64,000 nt of DNA from NCBI GenBank assembly GCA_905178155.1, contig CAJINV010000006.1, positions 4,030,130 through 4,094,129 on the forward strand, read 5' to 3'. This DNA is from Amoebophrya sp. A120 (taxonomy: Eukaryota > Protista > Dinoflagellata). Position 1 is the stretch's first letter. Every line of letters starts with the position of its first letter. Below are positions 42,765 through 55,548 of this stretch, in pieces. The notes under the pieces were generated by a model. The model was not told the origin of the DNA and did not search any database. It saw nothing but the letters and a program-made list of their open reading frames with translations. Made by a program: the position numbers and the translations under genes.

Positions 42765-44245
42765 GTACTAGCAGACCCACCGACGTGTACAAAGCATTCA
42801 TGGTACTAGCAGACCCACCGACGTGTGCAACGCATTCATGGATTTATACTAGTATGAGAGCGTCAGGTGCTTATTCTTCAACTACTTTCAAAATTTTTCT
42901 TTGGTGCTTGGAGGGGCATTGTCTCATGTTTTTGCTTCTTGCTTGCAGAGCGCGCGCACCGACGCGGCCTGTGCTCGTCCGTTCTGCGCACCAAGACGCT
43001 TAAAGCCTGCAGGCCTCTGTCCTGCTGGCACGCACAATCTGGGACCGCAAGACAGCCCTTTCCTGGGGTGCCGTGTTTGTGGGGCTTTCAGGTAGGGGCA
43101 AGCGGAAAGTCAACATACGGAAAGGAGTTGCCCCCGCGCCGATGGGCAGCCGCTCGCACGCTCGCAAATATATCGAAATGGCTGACGCGCCTGCATCAAA
43201 CACACCAAACAGGGGGAAAACTCCGCGCGGCTGCGCATGAGTCTTCTTGGCACGGTGTGGCGACGTCGCACTACCAAGGTCAGACAGAGAAGAGTAGCAT
43301 CACACCGGGCCAAGGGTCTCGGTAGAATAAATTGCCTACCATCGCTCTCGCATGGGGGCGCGAATAGTCTCGGAGAGTCGGGCTGACGTGTTTCCTTGAA
43401 TTTGCCGTCAAGTGGATTCGGCCCATCGCGTAGCTGCCCAAATGGGCCATTATAACATGTGCAGGAGAGGAACGCAAATCGCAACGCAGTGGCGCCAGCG
43501 CGTGATGTAGAGGCCCAGCATCCCCAGTCTTCGGGCCGCCGGCAGGCGCAGTGGGGGTTGCTGACTAGGGCGGCATAGGCAGCAGGCACTCTTGCCCGGT
43601 GAGTTGGCGAGAGGGGGCCCTCTGGCCAGATATTTCATTTTCCCAAGAAGGGCGACCCCTTCTGGACCCTCTTCGGGCACCCTCTAAGTAGTTGAGGACT
43701 AGGGGCAGCCGAACGACCCCCCAAGTGACTCCAGGCCGCATGCTATGGCGATTTTTTTCTCAACTACTTAGAGGCAGCCGAGAGGGGTGCCGGAGGGGGG
43801 TGAAAGGTACTCGTCTCGAAGGCGCCTCATGAATGAGAGTTCGAATTGTTGCAGTCAGGACATGGGGCGGACTTCGGGCGCCAAACACAGCGGCCGGCCG
43901 AAGTCGTGCACCTGTCCAGCAGGAGGCTTGCCTTTACCCGGCCAGCCATCTTGCAGCGCCGCTGCCAGGGCACCATTACGCCCGAGGCGCGCCCATGCAG
44001 AAATGCAGAAGGGGCCGATGCGTTCGCAAGTGGGCAACGGCCGGGAGACTGCGCCGCAAGCGCATCAAACACCACCCGAAGAGCGGAGGTGGCCAGCTCC
44101 GCGCTTGGCATGCGAAGGCGCCCCTAGTCAGGTGCGGGGGCGGTGCTGCGGCCTTCCTGCTCACTGTGGCTTTCCTGCTCAGGTGCTCCTGTGCTAGCAG
44201 ACCCACCCCACCGACGTGTACAACGCATTCATGGATTTATACCAG
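42765..44245. repeat. GC-rich segment bounded by ~40-55 bp direct repeats (possible insertion)
   Basis: CTAGCAGACCCACCGACGTGT(A/G)CAA(A/C)GCATTCATG at 42765-42802, 42803-42852 and 44191-44245. Confidence 0.6.
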
Positions 44246-44919
44246 CGTTGTCTTTGCATCAATTCTGAAATTCAACTCAGCGAGGCGGACGATCTAATCT
44301 TTGCCTGTACGATACAGTAAAACTCAGGACGAAGACGTGTAGTTCTTATCCTTATTGGCTTTGCGCTGTCTAGCTCGGCAATCAAATGAAACGAAGACCG
44401 ATCATTTCTTTGAGGAGCACCGTACTGCCTTTGCGATCATACGAAGAAATAGAAAAAAGAGCAAACGCAACCGATTTGTCCCTTTGCAAAAAAGTTGTAC
44501 TATCTTACCGATCTTTTCCTATAGTACTTATCAGTCCCGAACGGAACAGCGTCAGATTCATGCACTTCTTTTGACGAGATGAAGGATCATGCTCTGTGCT
44601 TTCTAATTCTGACGTGAGTTCCTTTTCCTGATTGATAGCAGGAGGGTCGCCGCAAAATAAATCACGTCTTTCTCCCTTTCTTGTTTCTTCGAATTTTACA
44701 CAAGTACACGTGGTTCATCTTGGGGACTCGACGATAAGGGATTAGTAGTACAAGGGTGCATTTCTTTCTTCATCTCGAGCTAGAGATAAGATAGATAGAG
44801 GACACTCTGCCACCACGTCTTCGTGCCAATACAAGGGTACAACAACAGAGAAGCTTACTCCTTCACTTCTCCATACTATTTCATCATACAGTTTGTGATG
44901 CAGAAACCACTGCAAACAG

Positions 44920-47900
44920 ACCTAAAACCCGGGCGCACACTTCACCTCGATCGACAGCAGCTCGTGCTCGTCGTCCACAAGTTTGCGGCTTGGAGGTATG
45001 GATAGAGAATTAGGAAAGTTTGTCATGCGCACTGGAATATTAGCGTGGAGAAAATTTCACGTTTTGCTGCTCGTCGCAGAGAACGACAAGAAGCAGCAGC
45101 TGCTGCATGACAACGCTCATACCAGCACAAGCACCCACTGCATGACAAAAAACCGCCCTTTTCCTCTATCCATACCCTTGTATGCGAACACGTATTCATT
45201 CTTCGGGCAGGAACAACCCACCCACTCTTCACTGGTGGCTGGGTCGTATCGCCCCCGGCTGATCGCCTCCTCCAGCGAAAAAAGTTTCACGGCTTCTTGG
45301 GGCACCATTAGCGTGTCGCAGGCTGTTGAGAGATTTGTTTTTTATCACGTTTCGTACAACCAGCATGAGAAAACCATTTTCCATACAGGAATCAGCATGA
45401 CAAACTGGCAATATTAATATTTTCAATACTTATCCATCCCCCGTACTTGTAATCCGCGTACTTTAAGTATCAAATGCAAAAATGTCTGGGTCTGGAACTT
45501 GTGATGCTGCATTTGGATGTCTAAAAGATTTGTGTTGCATGAGCAGCAAAGGGAGTGCAGTTTTGGCTACGGGAAGAGGGCATTTGTCATGCGGAATAGG
45601 TATCAAGAATCCCTCAAAAAACCTGTGATGCTAGGGCATGCATCACAGACATCATGGCCCATGCAAAATGTGCATGACAAGCTCCGACTCTTCCAGACCC
45701 AGACATTTTTGCAATCCATATCAAGTCGTGTTGTTGCTTGTACTCTGGAAACCCTGCTTTGCATATGCACTGCAAAAGTCAAAGTGTTGTAATTGCGGTC
45801 CTGCATTACAAATCTTTTTCTCAAAGGTAGAACCGCATTACAAATTCCACTTCGCATGCCGAGCAAATTTGTGATGCGATTCCTACTAGTACGACTAACT
45901 TTTGCAATGCATAGTGCAGTACAGTTCGAGCACCGGGTGTAAACTGATCATCGACACAAGCCCTATCAAATGCAAAAGTGTCTGGGTCTGGAAACTTGTG
46001 ATGCTGGGTGGCGTCTCATGATAAGGCCACAAATGCTGGCTCAGCATGACAAGTTTCTGAGCTTCTAGGTGTTGCCTATTCTGCCCGACAAACTGCGTTT
46101 CTGCATCACAGAAAAACGGAGCTCTTCGGTAACGTGCATGACAGATTTAAGAGTCATGCCAGACAAGCATGACAAACATGCATTCTTCCAGACCCAGACA
46201 TTTTTGCACTTGATAAACCCCCGGTCAAAACAGCTTCCGTAGATGGACCCGTTGTCCAATCTCGTCAATCGCATGGGATACAGCGCAAACGACGTCGGCG
46301 TGAAGTGTGACTGGTCCCGTTATGGTCTTTGCAAATATCGATCTGGGTCTGGGAATTTGTGATGCAAGAGCTGAAAGACAAGAGGATCTGTGATGCATGA
46401 GTACGAGTGGCCACTTTTTGTGTCGTGCTGGAGGCCAGTTTGTCATGCGTTTTCCAAGAACGAATGAATCTGTAACATATTTATATGCCTCTGAAAATTA
46501 TTTCTGATGCCGTTCTGCCGTACAAGCGACCAACCTGCGATGCGAGCTTCAGCAACACAAATTTCTAGACCCAGACATATTTGCCATCCATACCCGCCTC
46601 TGGCACGCGATTTCCCAGTCGGCGGTGGACTTCAACCCTTTCCTTCGGAAGCCGGACACTAGGTACTGCTCGGTCGTTTTCGTCCGGAGGTTTTCCTGTG
46701 TCAAACCGCATTTCACTATCCTATGTAAAAGCGTCCCCACCCCGGAGTTGTCATGCGAATCTCCATGGTAAAAATGTTTCTATTGCGGAGCCCCATGAGA
46801 GGCACTTTGTGCTCGTGCTTCGAAATTTGTCACGCTCCCATCGGCATGATGTGCCAGATCTGCGATGCTTCTGAACTAGCTAAACAGGATTACACTACGA
46901 GGCCAAACTTGTCATGCAGAACTCTCAAAACTTGGAACTTTGTCTTGCAGATTTCCCAACTTGACTATGGGGTGGGGATGTTTTTACATATGATATTAAC
47001 CACGGAGGCGCTGTCCTCTACTGATACCCAGCCATCCTCCGCCTCGAAGTCGCCGTCGCCAATCCCGATGAACCGCGGCCAGCGCATCATATGTAAAAAC
47101 GTCCCCAACTTCCCAAAGTCAAGTTGGGAACTCAGCAACACAAATCCAGAAGTTTTGGAAGCCACGCATGACAAAATGGAGTCCGCAGTGTAGTAGTGCA
47201 TGTTAGTAAGGACATCCGCATCACAAATCCATTTGCTTATCCTGTTTGCAGAATTACAAATTCCAAAACTACACGATTGGAAATGCCTGTCATGCGGAAG
47301 CGCATTACAAGTGTTCGTGTCATTGCAAATGTGCATGACAACTCTGGGGTTGTGGGGACGTTTTTACACGGGATACAGCGCAGCGAATCTTCGTTCTGCT
47401 CGTCTTCCGCAGCTTGGGCTCGTTCGTCATATCCTGTGCAAAAGCATCGTACTCGTTTTAATTGCATTTATGCATTACAAATCTCTTTCTTAAGCTGTAT
47501 CCGAATTACAAATTCCATTTGTCATGCTGAGCTAATTTGTAATGCAGTACTACGAGTACGATACTTTTGCAATTCATACGTCACTCAAGTCGTTGAAGGA
47601 AATCGTGGATTCTCGGCCTTATCAAATGCAAAAGCATCGTGCTCGTATAAATGCAGGTCTTGCATTACAAATTTCTTTGTCAAGGCAAATCAGCATTACA
47701 AATTTTATTTCTCATGCTGAGAAAATTTGTAATGCATTTATATGAGTACGATACTTTTGCAGTTCATAGGCCTGAAGGTCGTATAGAAATTGTACTCATT
47801 TGAGTATCATAGTCACTTTGCACCATGCTCGGCGACATTACAAGACAAAATCAAAAAATAGCAGGTGTAGCTCCAAGAACTCCATAATACGGTAATATGA

Positions 47901-48145
47901 CAAAAACCAAACCGAAAATCAATACGGAGCCACGTCGGATGGAACACTTCGTTCTCGCCGAGGTATTTTGACCCCTGCGGCACAAACCCCGCGGTTTCCC
48001 GCTGCGTTGCGCGGCCGTCGCGTTGCGCGGTGGTGGAGTGCAAGAAAGAGGAGGTTGCAACAAGAGTGAGGAAGCAAGCTGTGTGGTTCGATGAAATGGT
48101 TCCTGGACGACCCCATCGTTTTGTCTTTTTGCGGGCCCGCGCCAT
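44920..48145 (-). CDS. Hypothetical Cys-containing protein, both ends uncertain
   Basis: Continuous frame (MSTISIRPSGRES...VFAYK) across 8 TIR elements between 45468 and 47768 and GT-AG intron 45323-45429. The link to ORF 47813..48145 and the last exon are unresolved. Confidence 0.45.
44997..45174. mobile_element. Atypical TIR intron (TATGGATAGAG...CTCTATCCATA), no matching TSD
   Basis: 11-bp perfect TIR plus internal GCATGACA motifs. Confidence 0.55.
45468..45720. mobile_element. Introner family A
   Basis: TSD TTAAG/TCAAG. Confidence 0.88.
45764..45913. mobile_element. Introner family B
   Basis: TSD TTGCA/GTGCA. Confidence 0.85.
45964..46215. mobile_element. Introner family A
   Basis: TSD AGCCC/AACCC. 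Confidence 0.88.
46321..46592. mobile_element. Introner family A, degenerate
   Basis: TSD CCCGT/CCCGC. Confidence 0.82.
46717..46995. mobile_element. Introner family C
   Basis: TSD TTCAC/TTAAC. Confidence 0.88.
47085..47375. mobile_element. Introner family C
   Basis: TSD CAGCG. Confidence 0.88.
47430..47578. mobile_element. Introner family B
   Basis: TSD CGTCA. Confidence 0.9.
47620..47768. mobile_element. Introner family B
   Basis: TSD GGCCT. Confidence 0.9.
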
Positions 48146-49375
48146 CTTCTTTGGCTGTTGTTCTAAAATAAACGCTGTAGCGGAAATTATGTGCTTACAA
48201 CACCAAGAATCTTCTTCATCTTCACTGGTGAAGTTTTCATTTTTATCTTCGCAAGCTACAGGTCTTCAGAATTACGAAGAGGAGAAATTGCAATTCGCGA
48301 CAGAAGTGTGGTCCTTGCTTTGTGCTACACGTAGTTCCTTCTTGCGCCCTCCGTTTTTCTCAGGAACAATTTCCGACCTCGCTCAACACTTCACTCGCAA
48401 CTCTCGAACTGCTGCCACGCACGACAACTCACCATGATTTTTTGATACACAAAACTACATGCGTTATGTTAGAACAGTATCGTGTGTAGCGAAATTTTTT
48501 GCAGCAATGAAGCAGTGCCGTGGCGTGCTGTTTTCGTCCCGGTGATTTTTTCATTTCTAAAATGATATGCCAAAAGTAGAAGCCTAAATACCAGTTTTTT
48601 TTTTTTTATGGTCACAAACGAAGGTAGTTAATATTCTTCCGCCCGTTCTTTTAGGCGACGAGAGAAACCACCTGCAGGGGCAGCTTTCACAATAACGTAA
48701 CACCAACGTAGGTGTTGATTTTGTGACAGCTCGAAAAACGAAAAATTGTACATAATGTAGATAGGCAAATAGAGGTCAAAACAAAGTAACAGGCAAAAAA
48801 ATGTACGTAGAGCGACCAGGGGTTATTTTTCGTGGAAAAACCTACCTTAAGACGCCCGTCGCACAAAATCATACAAGTTGGAGCGGTGCAACCAATAAAC
48901 TACAGCCCGGCACGACGACCGAGTGCAGCTGGTTAGAATCAGGTAAAATCATACATAAACATTTTTTCTTCTCCTTTATTGTAAATCCCTTTTGAAAGTA
49001 AAAAAAGATAGACTTCGTGTCAATGCTGACAGGATCATCAATGGTGTGACACAACTCCGTGTCTACTTCTTGGTTATCTCTAGAAGAAGTTGCGGCTCCC
49101 CGAGAAGATGTGGTCTACTTGTTGAGGTGAATCTCTTTATCCAATCTTTTCTGGTCCTCGGGTCTGTGTTATGTTTCTTCCCTTTCTGTTGTAAAAATTC
49201 CTCTGATGATGTTGTTGATGAAAAAGCTTTTTGTAAGTAGAACAACCAGCCCTGTTGACCGACAAAATTGCTTGCCTGGTCGTGGTTGTGGACGAGGACC
49301 TGTGTATAAAAACTATACACAGATTTTGTTTCTAGCTCCTGAGCTGTTGAACTACTCTTGCTTGTACCAATCATT

Positions 49376-51409
49376 TTACACCGTCTCGTTCCGCGTCCAT
49401 CCAAACCGGACGTAGTCCTTGACAATCCGCATCAGCGGCTTGCCGTAGTGCGGGTGGTCTTTTACCTGGCCAAACGCGTCGCCCTGCCGAATTCGCAGCA
49501 TGCACATCACCGCCAGCGTCCCGAGGCCGTACCGCGAGGCGACAATCAAAAGGGACAGCAAGAGGTTCAACCAGGTCGGCAAGCTGTGCGGCGCCTGGCA
49601 GCAGATGAACAAGACGGGGCACATATCCTGTGCAAAAACGGGGCCCACACCCAACAGTTGATGTCATGCAATAAACCTGCATTCATAGTCCCCTAAAAAT
49701 GTTTCTCATGCGCAGCCACGACCATATAATGAGGGCCGTTTTCTAATGCTATATCTGGGAGTTTGTCTTCGTCATGCTGGAATCAGGATAGGGTAGTCGA
49801 TTTGTGATGCGGTTCCACTAGTACGCTACCTGAAACAAGATTTTTACACTAAGAGCCCAGATACTTGTCATGCGAAGCAGCAAAAACTTCGTGATTTGTG
49901 TAGCGAAGCCACTATCTTGACTCTGGGGAGGTGGTGACGTTTTTACTTAGGATAGGACAAGAGCCACAGGGGATGCATCACAGCCAGGAAGAGCAGCTGC
50001 AGTCCGTAGATACTGACTAAGGCGATTAGATACTCAACCTTCACGCCGGTCTTTTTCACCATCCAGAGGTATGGGGGTGTCACAGGATCGAAATCGTGTC
50101 AACGTTAAATAAAGTATTTTGTCATGCATAAAATCCCAAACAAAAATCGCCTCTGTTGCAGAGGACGCAAGGGAGGCAGCTCGTAGTGCTGGCAAGGGTC
50201 GAGAATTTGGCTGCTGATTAGCATGACAGAGGGGACGACGAGTCCTTCTCCTGTAACCAGCGTGACGGAAACTTGCTTCAAAGGCAAAGGAAATTTGTCA
50301 TGCGCCGACTATAAACGGTGGGCCCAGGCCCAACTGGTAAATCGATTTTATGCATTACAAATTTTTTCCACCTTGTCGATTTCGATCCTGACTCTTCTCC
50401 CATAAGAGGTTCAACGCCGGTAGGACTAAAGAGAGAAACCCAACCGGAATTAGCAAGCCGGTCGGGACGCCGGGAAGCCAGGGATTGGCAACTACATTTA
50501 CCCCAACATTGGCCGCGGCGATATAACGCTGGCCGTAAAACGAGTACGACACATTGATGTTGCGGAAAAAATCGTTGAGGAGCGGAGTGTATCAACTGCG
50601 AATATGTAGTCCGGGTCTGGTGGGATGCAAGGTTTGCGTTTGTCATGCTTGTCTGGCATGACTGAAGCAATTGTGATGCGTGTCCAAGATAAAGAGACCC
50701 TTTTTCATCTTGTCATGCAAATAAACGCAGCTTGTCATCGACAAAAGCTACAACACTAAGCAGCGCAGATACAACTTCTCATGCTTTACAAGTTTCTACA
50801 CCCAGATATGTTTGCAATGACAGAAAACTGGCGTGCTTGGGTGTAATTAAGATGCATGACAGACTTGAGGGCTATAAAAATGCTGGTCGAGCATGCCAAA
50901 GTTTGCAGCGCTCTTCCACCAGACCCATATTACATTCTTGCATTGCATAGCGTGTTCGCGAATTCCACCCCGAAAGCAAACAGAATCGCGCCAACACCCA
51001 GTTCCAGTAGCGAGGTGAGCAACAGGGCAACCAGCAGCCAGGTGGCGCAGGTGTTCAGAAGCGGTTTATTGTTCTCACCAGCATCCACCGCCGGCGCTTG
51101 GACAAAGTTCGCATGATTCCCCGCGGAGGAGGCCACACAACCTACAGGAGTTCCCTGCACAACAACTTGCTGCACACCGCTGGCTTGCTGTTGATGGTGG
51201 TCTACCAACATGTGGGTCTGCTCGTGATCATTCTGCATCGACTCGGCGTAGAAACTCTGTTTGCCCGAACAAATCGCGCCGGCCTGGAGCATCTGCTGCA
51301 GCTCCGCGTCGTGGTTGTCAACGTCGGCGATGTGAGTGCCCGCGGGCATAGGTTCTCCTTGCTGGTTCATTTGCTGCTGCCGATCTTGCGTGTTCATAGT
51401 TTGTGTCAT
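49376..51409 (-). CDS. Hypothetical multi-pass membrane protein with Q-rich N-terminus
   Basis: ORFs 50930..51409, 50355..50552 and 49376..49654 joined across elements 50590-50949, 50070-50404, 49624-49954; about 4 hydrophobic segments. Confidence 0.6.
49624..49954. mobile_element. Introner family C, degenerate
   Basis: TSD GCACA/GGACA. Confidence 0.8.
50070..50404. mobile_element. Introner family H
   Basis: TSD AGAGG. Confidence 0.88.
50590..50949. mobile_element. Introner family A, degenerate or composite
   Basis: TSD GAGTG/GCGTG; extra internal right-TIR remnant near 50800. Confidence 0.75.
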
Positions 51410-52465
51410 GATTTAGATTTTATTGCACTCACTCAATTATAGAGAAGAATTATATACGAATAGATTGATAAAGATCACGTTTGCTGATGTAGTTCGTGAC
51501 AATTTGATGAAAGCACAAGAGCGCTAGGCTCGTAGGACTATATCAAACCACTTCTAGTAAGTAGAGAGACCGCTGCAGTTAATATTGTTGTTACCAATGC
51601 TGTCGGATCATTAGGTTGGTGTTCCCATACGCCACGCAACGGTACTACCGCTTAGTACAGGGGCAGACGTGGTGGCGGTCCTCGAAATAAGATCAAAAGC
51701 TACTACAGCATTACTTAGTGCAGCCTCCGACTGCGAGGACTACAAAAGCGTTATAAGTACACTTTGTGATCAGCGATTCTTTTTTTTCTGTCGAGAAGAT
51801 CGAAATTTTTCATTTTCTTCAAGGGATCAATTTCTCTTTCTGCCATCCGGAGGTACTTAGGGAGATCCTTATGAATGTGTCGGTGAGCAGCGAGCTCCAT
51901 CGGAGCTGAAAGTCGCGATTCCATTCGTGCTGTATCGATTCATTTCGACAAATTTCCAATTTCACCAACAGTTTGTGTGCAATGTTTAGACGTTCACATC
52001 ATGTGGGATCTTCATTCCAAGCAAAACTTCTTCGTAGCGTCTCTGTCTTGTCTTTTTTCAGGCTAATGGCAATGTGTCAAGAACGGGCCTCGAAAGAGCA
52101 AGTAGAACTTCAATGGAAAAGTATCTATGATCAGTGGTTGTGGTCAAATTTAATTTTACAGAATAAGGTCGTGGTGACAACATAAAGCCGCCGATGTCAT
52201 GTATGAATGCTTCCGTAAATAAAAACCCGTTCTGCAAATTTTGGAAACACTATCGATTCTCTGAATGAAATTGAATTGTCTCAATAAACTCACACAGCTC
52301 CGTGCAATTGATATGATAGATGGTGTAGTCGCAATCGAATGACCCTCTTTGCGTATCAGGCGTGTACTATCAAATGAAGCAGAGTATCTTTCTACTACTT
52401 ATTTAACACAAGAAATAAAACAGGAGGACCTCCTCCTCCAAGAAATGCATGACGAAGTAAGTAAC

Positions 52466-54506
52466 TCAGTCCTTAAAAAAGCGCTCGTACTCGTCGTGAC
52501 CCTCCTCATTGTCCTCGAAAAAGTCCGCCGGCTCAACTTTTCCCTTGTTCGACGAACTGCAGCCCTTCGTCTTGTGCGCAAACGCGTTGCGATGGACGAT
52601 GTGCACTTCCTCCTCCTCATCCTCAAAACCGTCCAAGTTCGCATCGTTGTAGTAGTAGGTTTTATTCCCCGGTTATCGCAAGAAAAAAGTGTTACAGTTA
52701 CACATTGCGTTGCAGGCCAAGCAAGACAGGCAAGCTCTGTCATGCCGGATATGCATAGGAGCCTCGTTTCATAGGCGTTTTCCCGTAGGATTTCTGCATT
52801 ACAAGTTTTCTCTCTCATGCAGAGAAATTTGTGTTGCTGAATTCACTACAAATGTGTAACTGTAACACTTTTTTCGTTGGATACCGGTGCAGATGATCCA
52901 TCCGAAGATCTGAAGCCGCTGGAGATCGTGGCCTGCTCGTATCCTTCGTTCAAACCGAATTGTTCCGCCTCGCCGCTCTCCCGCGCGATGGCTTCTCGTG
53001 CAGACGCGGCATCATGGTGGGACGTGATCGTGGCTGCGGCAAGCGGTGCGCCGATCAGGTGCGTGACATCCCAGACAAACTGTTCCTCCGCTGGGATTAT
53101 CCATTTTTGGAGAAGTATTGAACTGTAGCTGTAGCTGTACCAGTACAAATTGCATGACAACTTCTTTTTATCTTTGAAAACTAAATTTGCCATGTAGATT
53201 CCCGTAGTACAAGACAATGACAACTTGCATACAATACTTTTATTGCAGAAATGGGATAGGTTTCCAGCAAAAGAGTGTGTAGCAGCAGCCGCAGCAGAAA
53301 AACTCCATCAGAATCACGATCAAGATGTCCACAGCGTTCGAGCATCCCTGCCACGCGTAGACGGCGCAGAGGGGAAACAGACAGTGACAACAGCGGTCCA
53401 GCGGGTGATAGCGGCAGCAGCTGCTGCAGCAGCACTCCAGTTCCTCCGTCACATATCGCGAGGAAAAATCCCCCCTCCCAATATCGAAAAGGTACGCCGC
53501 AGAAAATTTGCAATGCTGATTTGCGACCACAAATCATCTCTGTCTTGCAAGAAGGCAACTCCGCAGGCTCCGCCGCATTATGCAGGCAGCTTGTGATGCT
53601 ATTAGGCCTACAGCGCAGACGTTTCTCATGCTAAGCGCCTAGGCCAAAACCTCTGTTCTCAGGCTTGATATAGGCCTGCAGTCCTCGTCTCCAGCAAGAC
53701 AAATCCGATTTGTGTACGCAAATCCAGCATCACAAACTTCGTTTTGATAAGGGGAGGGCGGGAGATTGTTCATTTTGATATCACACTCCGGAAACGCTTT
53801 TGGGATTCGTTCGGTTGCCAAAACAGGAGGAAGATGTATGCATTGCAAATACGTCTTGGTCTGGAAACTTGTGATGCAAGTCTGGGAATGGTGGGCGCAC
53901 TGCAATACGTAGCCAAGCATGGCAAGTTTTTGAGCGGCTATGTAATTCGTTTTCCGCATGGTAAACTGCGTTTTTGCATGACAGAGAAAAGGCTCTACTG
54001 CTGCCCACGCAACACAGATTTCAGAGTCTGTCTGAATCATGTGAGACACGCATGACAAACTTGCATTCTCCCAGACCCAGACATATTTGCATTTGATAAG
54101 ATGAAATACCGCACGAAAACCAAGGACGCGACGACCAGCACCAGACACGTCGGACCGAGAAGCGCGAAGGGGAAGACGAACCCGTAAATAACGGGAAAGG
54201 CAAGCCACTCAATCAGCACCGCCAGGACAATCGTGTTCCGATCGCATCTATGCAGTGCAAAAGTATCGTGCTCGTACTAATTTTTGCGTTTATGCATTAC
54301 AAATCTTGTTTTTTAGGCCAATCCGAATTACAAATTTGATTTGTAATGCTAAGTCAATTTCTTGTAATGCACTTTATACTAGTACGATACTTATTCTGCA
54401 ATGCATAGCATCCCTCCCACGCAAACACAGCCATCACTGGGCAACAGGCTTTGCAGAGCCCGCTGGTCGGCTGGCAACCACAACATTTGTCGAACTCGAC
54501 TGGCAT
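52466..54506 (-). CDS. Cys-rich membrane protein with two Pmp3/UPF0057-like hairpins (paralogue A)
   Basis: MPVEFDKCCGCQPTS...CCPVMAVFAWEGC...CLFPLCAVYAWQGC...NKGKVEPAD...ERFFKD*; frame restored across 5 elements. Pmp3 resemblance judged by eye. Confidence 0.65.
52674..52883. mobile_element. Introner family I
   Basis: TSD CCGGT. Confidence 0.9.
53098..53258. mobile_element. Degenerate B-like introner
   Basis: TSD GGGAT/GGTTT; frame restored (CWKPAEEQF). Confidence 0.7.
53454..53780. mobile_element. Introner family F
   Basis: TSD TCACA. Confidence 0.9.
53837..54098. mobile_element. Introner family A
   Basis: TSD AGATG. Confidence 0.9.
54249..54407. mobile_element. Introner family B
   Basis: TSD GCATC. 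Confidence 0.9.
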
Positions 54507-55548
54507 ATTGTACTATTTCTACGGCCTCGGCAAGATTATTTGCGCACAAGATGTTGAATCCTTTTCCGCGATTTAGGAGAGAGACCCTGGTGAGGAAAAT
54601 AAAGCAAGAGGAACTACGATTCTCAAAATGACTTCACCCCACAGTCAGTCCGAGAAAAAAACTCGCCTCCAAGGTTTTCTAATATGTTTATCCAACTAGT
54701 ATCTGACTTTTCAACTTTTCGAGTTTGTCAGTTACTATTCGTAGTGGTAAAGCAGGTAAAAAGAATCGCACTATTTTTAGCGAAGTGATTGCGATTGACA
54801 CGAAGAATAAAAGGTGGCATTCTGAAATTCATCAAGGGGAGAGTACGATGGTGATAGTTCAAGTGTTTAGCACTTGCTACAGAAACGACTACGACTACCT
54901 CTACCCACGACACCAAGTATAATGGGACGATTTGTTCTTGCGCCACGAAGCTTTCTTTTCTTCCGGACCTAAGCATATCACCCCTAAGTACCACGACCCA
55001 CGCAACGACCTAGTACTGTGCTATGTCTAAGACATTGCGTGTGAAAAACCGGGCCAGTAGAAGGTCTTCACGTCGGAGCAAGATAGAACTACCGAGCGGT
55101 AATAAACGGCACTAAATTTTTATTGAACGCAACATCATCTAGCAAAGCCGCAGTTAAGAAGTACTTATCCCCTTTCTCTTCGTCGTCGTCCATGGTCATC
55201 TGTATCAAATCATATCATACAGCACTACTCCAATTGTTGTGTCAGCGAACGATCTCCGCTTTATATTACGCAATTTGTTCCAATCAGCGTTCTTGCGACT
55301 CAAATTTCGTCCAATGTTCTGGCCAAGACATCTTCAACAATCGCCGAGCTATATCTTTAAAATTCAAAACAACAGCCTCAATTATAGCTACCAGTTTAAC
55401 TTCATTGTACAAGGAAAACAAAAATCGTGGTCCAATGTTGAATGATAGTACACAAGACAGAAACTAACGTAGAAGTGTGGTGGATGTGGAACAAGTAGCA
55501 CTACAACTAGCACAATGTCTACTGACAACATCAATTTTTTCCGAATTT

